Source: Fimbriimonadales bacterium (lineage in GTDB: Bacteria; Armatimonadota; Fimbriimonadia; Fimbriimonadales; GBS-DC). Taken from it: a DNA stretch of 64,000 nucleotides. Location of the stretch: NCBI GenBank assembly GCA_026003075.1, contig BPGO01000003.1, positions 51,066 to 115,065 of the forward strand. The letters run 5' to 3'. The position numbers were made by a program, and so were the translations under genes. Shown piece after piece: positions 62,984 through 64,000 of this stretch (position 1 is the first letter of the stretch; each line of letters opens with the position of its first letter). A model generated the notes under the pieces. That model saw only the letters and a list, made by a program, of their open reading frames with translations, did not search any database and was not told where the DNA came from.

Positions 62984-63122
62984 TTATCATTATTATCACA
63001 ACCCTTCAGGCGTTGTCGGGGCGGCGTGCCAACCCACTTCGTACCGAAGAAGCGCTCACGCTGCGCGAACGCGCCCGAATGGAGACACCGCCCCGAAAAA
63101 GGTGTGGCGTGCGCCTAACGAC

Positions 63123-63785
63123 CTATACCGCCCACGGCTCCTGCCGATAACCCATATCCCAGAACATCCACTCATAGCGGCTGGTCATCACGAAATGATG
63201 GCGCATCGCATCACGTTGCGCATCGGTGAGCGTCTCGGCGGTGGCGTCGGTAATCGCCAACACCTCGCGCACCACACCCCCGAACTCTTCTGAAGCATAA
63301 GTGTCAATCCAGCGCTGGTACAGCGGATTCGGGGAGCCGTGCTGCTCCAACTCTTTGCCGACCTCCCAATAAATCCAGTAGCAGGGCAAAATTGCGCCCA
63401 GCAGCTCATGGAACGGGCGCGCATAACACACCGCCAGCAAATAGTGCGTATAGGCGACGCAAGTCGGCGCCATCGGCGTGGCGTACACCTGCTCTGGCGT
63501 CAGCCCAAACTCCTTGAAAAAGCCCTCATGCAGCGAACGCTCCACTAAAATCGCCGTCTTGGCGTGTTCGTTGAAAACCGTGAGCCAGTCGTCGTGGGGC
63601 GATTTCGCCGCAGCAAGACTTAAACACTGGGCATAGTAGCGCAGATAGTGCGCATCCTGCACCACATAAAATTCGAATGCCTCGCGCGGCAGGCTACCGT
63701 CGATTAGCCCAGTAAGGAACGGATGCTGCAAAATTGCCGTGTAAATCGGTGTGATCGATTGCCAGAGCTGCTCGGTGTAGCGCAT
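63123..63785 (-). CDS. tenA: thiaminase II / TenA
   Basis: HPF...YVVQDAHYL, AILPCYWIY, YQRWIDTY, SRYEWMFWDM. Confidence 0.93.
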   Translation of the reverse strand: MRYTEQLWQSITPIYTAILQHPFLTGLIDGSLPREAFEFYVVQDAHYLRYYAQCLSLAAAKSPHDDWLTVFNEHAKTAILVERSLHEGFFKEFGLTPEQVYATPMAPTCVAYTHYLLAVCYARPFHELLGAILPCYWIYWEVGKELEQHGSPNPLYQRWIDTYASEEFGGVVREVLAITDATAETLTDAQRDAMRHHFVMTSRYEWMFWDMGYRQEPWAV

Positions 63786-63931
63786 GCAATAAGCATTCGA
63801 CACCGCAGCCCGAACTCCTTGCTGGGGTCGAAATGACCGCTCCCGCCTCGAAATCTGGGCAGTTTAACAGGCTACCTTGCGCCCTGGTGTGGAATTCGTT
63901 TCATGGGCGCACTGCGACCCAAGAGGCTATC

Positions 63932-64000
63932 ATGCGAAAACCAATCGCGAGGGAACAGGGGTTTACATTGGTGGAGATTATGGTCGTCGTCCTGATTATC
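63932..64000 (+). CDS. partial prepilin-type protein (window edge)
   Basis: MRKPIAREQG/FTLVEIMVVVLII class III signal peptide. Confidence 0.8.
   Translation, partial: MRKPIAREQGFTLVEIMVVVLII

Noticed and set aside
62975-63000. Fur box
   Set aside because: About 13/19 match, located between convergent genes with no gene start to regulate.
63017-63086. HDV-like or hammerhead ribozyme (CGAATGG resembles HDV J4/2)
   Set aside because: The required nested P1/P2/P3 pairings and the CUGANGA core could not be built.
63786-63931. TPP riboswitch upstream of tenA or c-di-GMP riboswitch upstream of the pilin
   Set aside because: No CTGAGA/ACCTGA TPP core or recognisable GEMM core; only short generic stems.

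Overview
GC-rich bacterial chromosome segment, probably a Fimbriimonadales-like Armatimonadota genome. That placement is inferred from a dockerin-like C-terminal domain, a DUF1559-type prepilin and dispersed operons. Most of the window is housekeeping: lysC, flhB, rnpB, ligA, nuoD, aceB-aceA, the rpsL-rpsG-fusA-tuf-S10-rplNXE cluster (broken after rplE), dnaK-dnaJ-hspR-tsaE with a HAIR operator, fadN, mutS2, ispA, an AddB-like nuclease, prmC, rpsT and tenA. Two accessory loci stand out. (1) A 6.5-kb AT-richer, partly decayed island (11832-18313) sits between two identical 829-bp copies of the aceB 5' end. It encodes an ECF sigma factor ending in a G17 tract, three copies of a putative cognate promoter (TGTCCC-N17/18-CGTTT), a DUF1573 protein, an 8-Cys secreted peptide, two paralogous secreted proteins with C-terminal membrane anchors, an O-antigen-ligase-like protein and a prepilin. 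(2) A two-gene putative defence system (PLD-nuclease/SNF2-like helicase plus a large N6-methyltransferase) has a compositionally foreign target-recognition segment and is followed by GTAG-type REP repeats. Also present: an internally deleted IS5-like element and a recurring GGTAnnnT -10 box 6-10 nt before SD-less start codons, suggesting (near-)leaderless translation. All calls come from motif reading only; no database searches were run.
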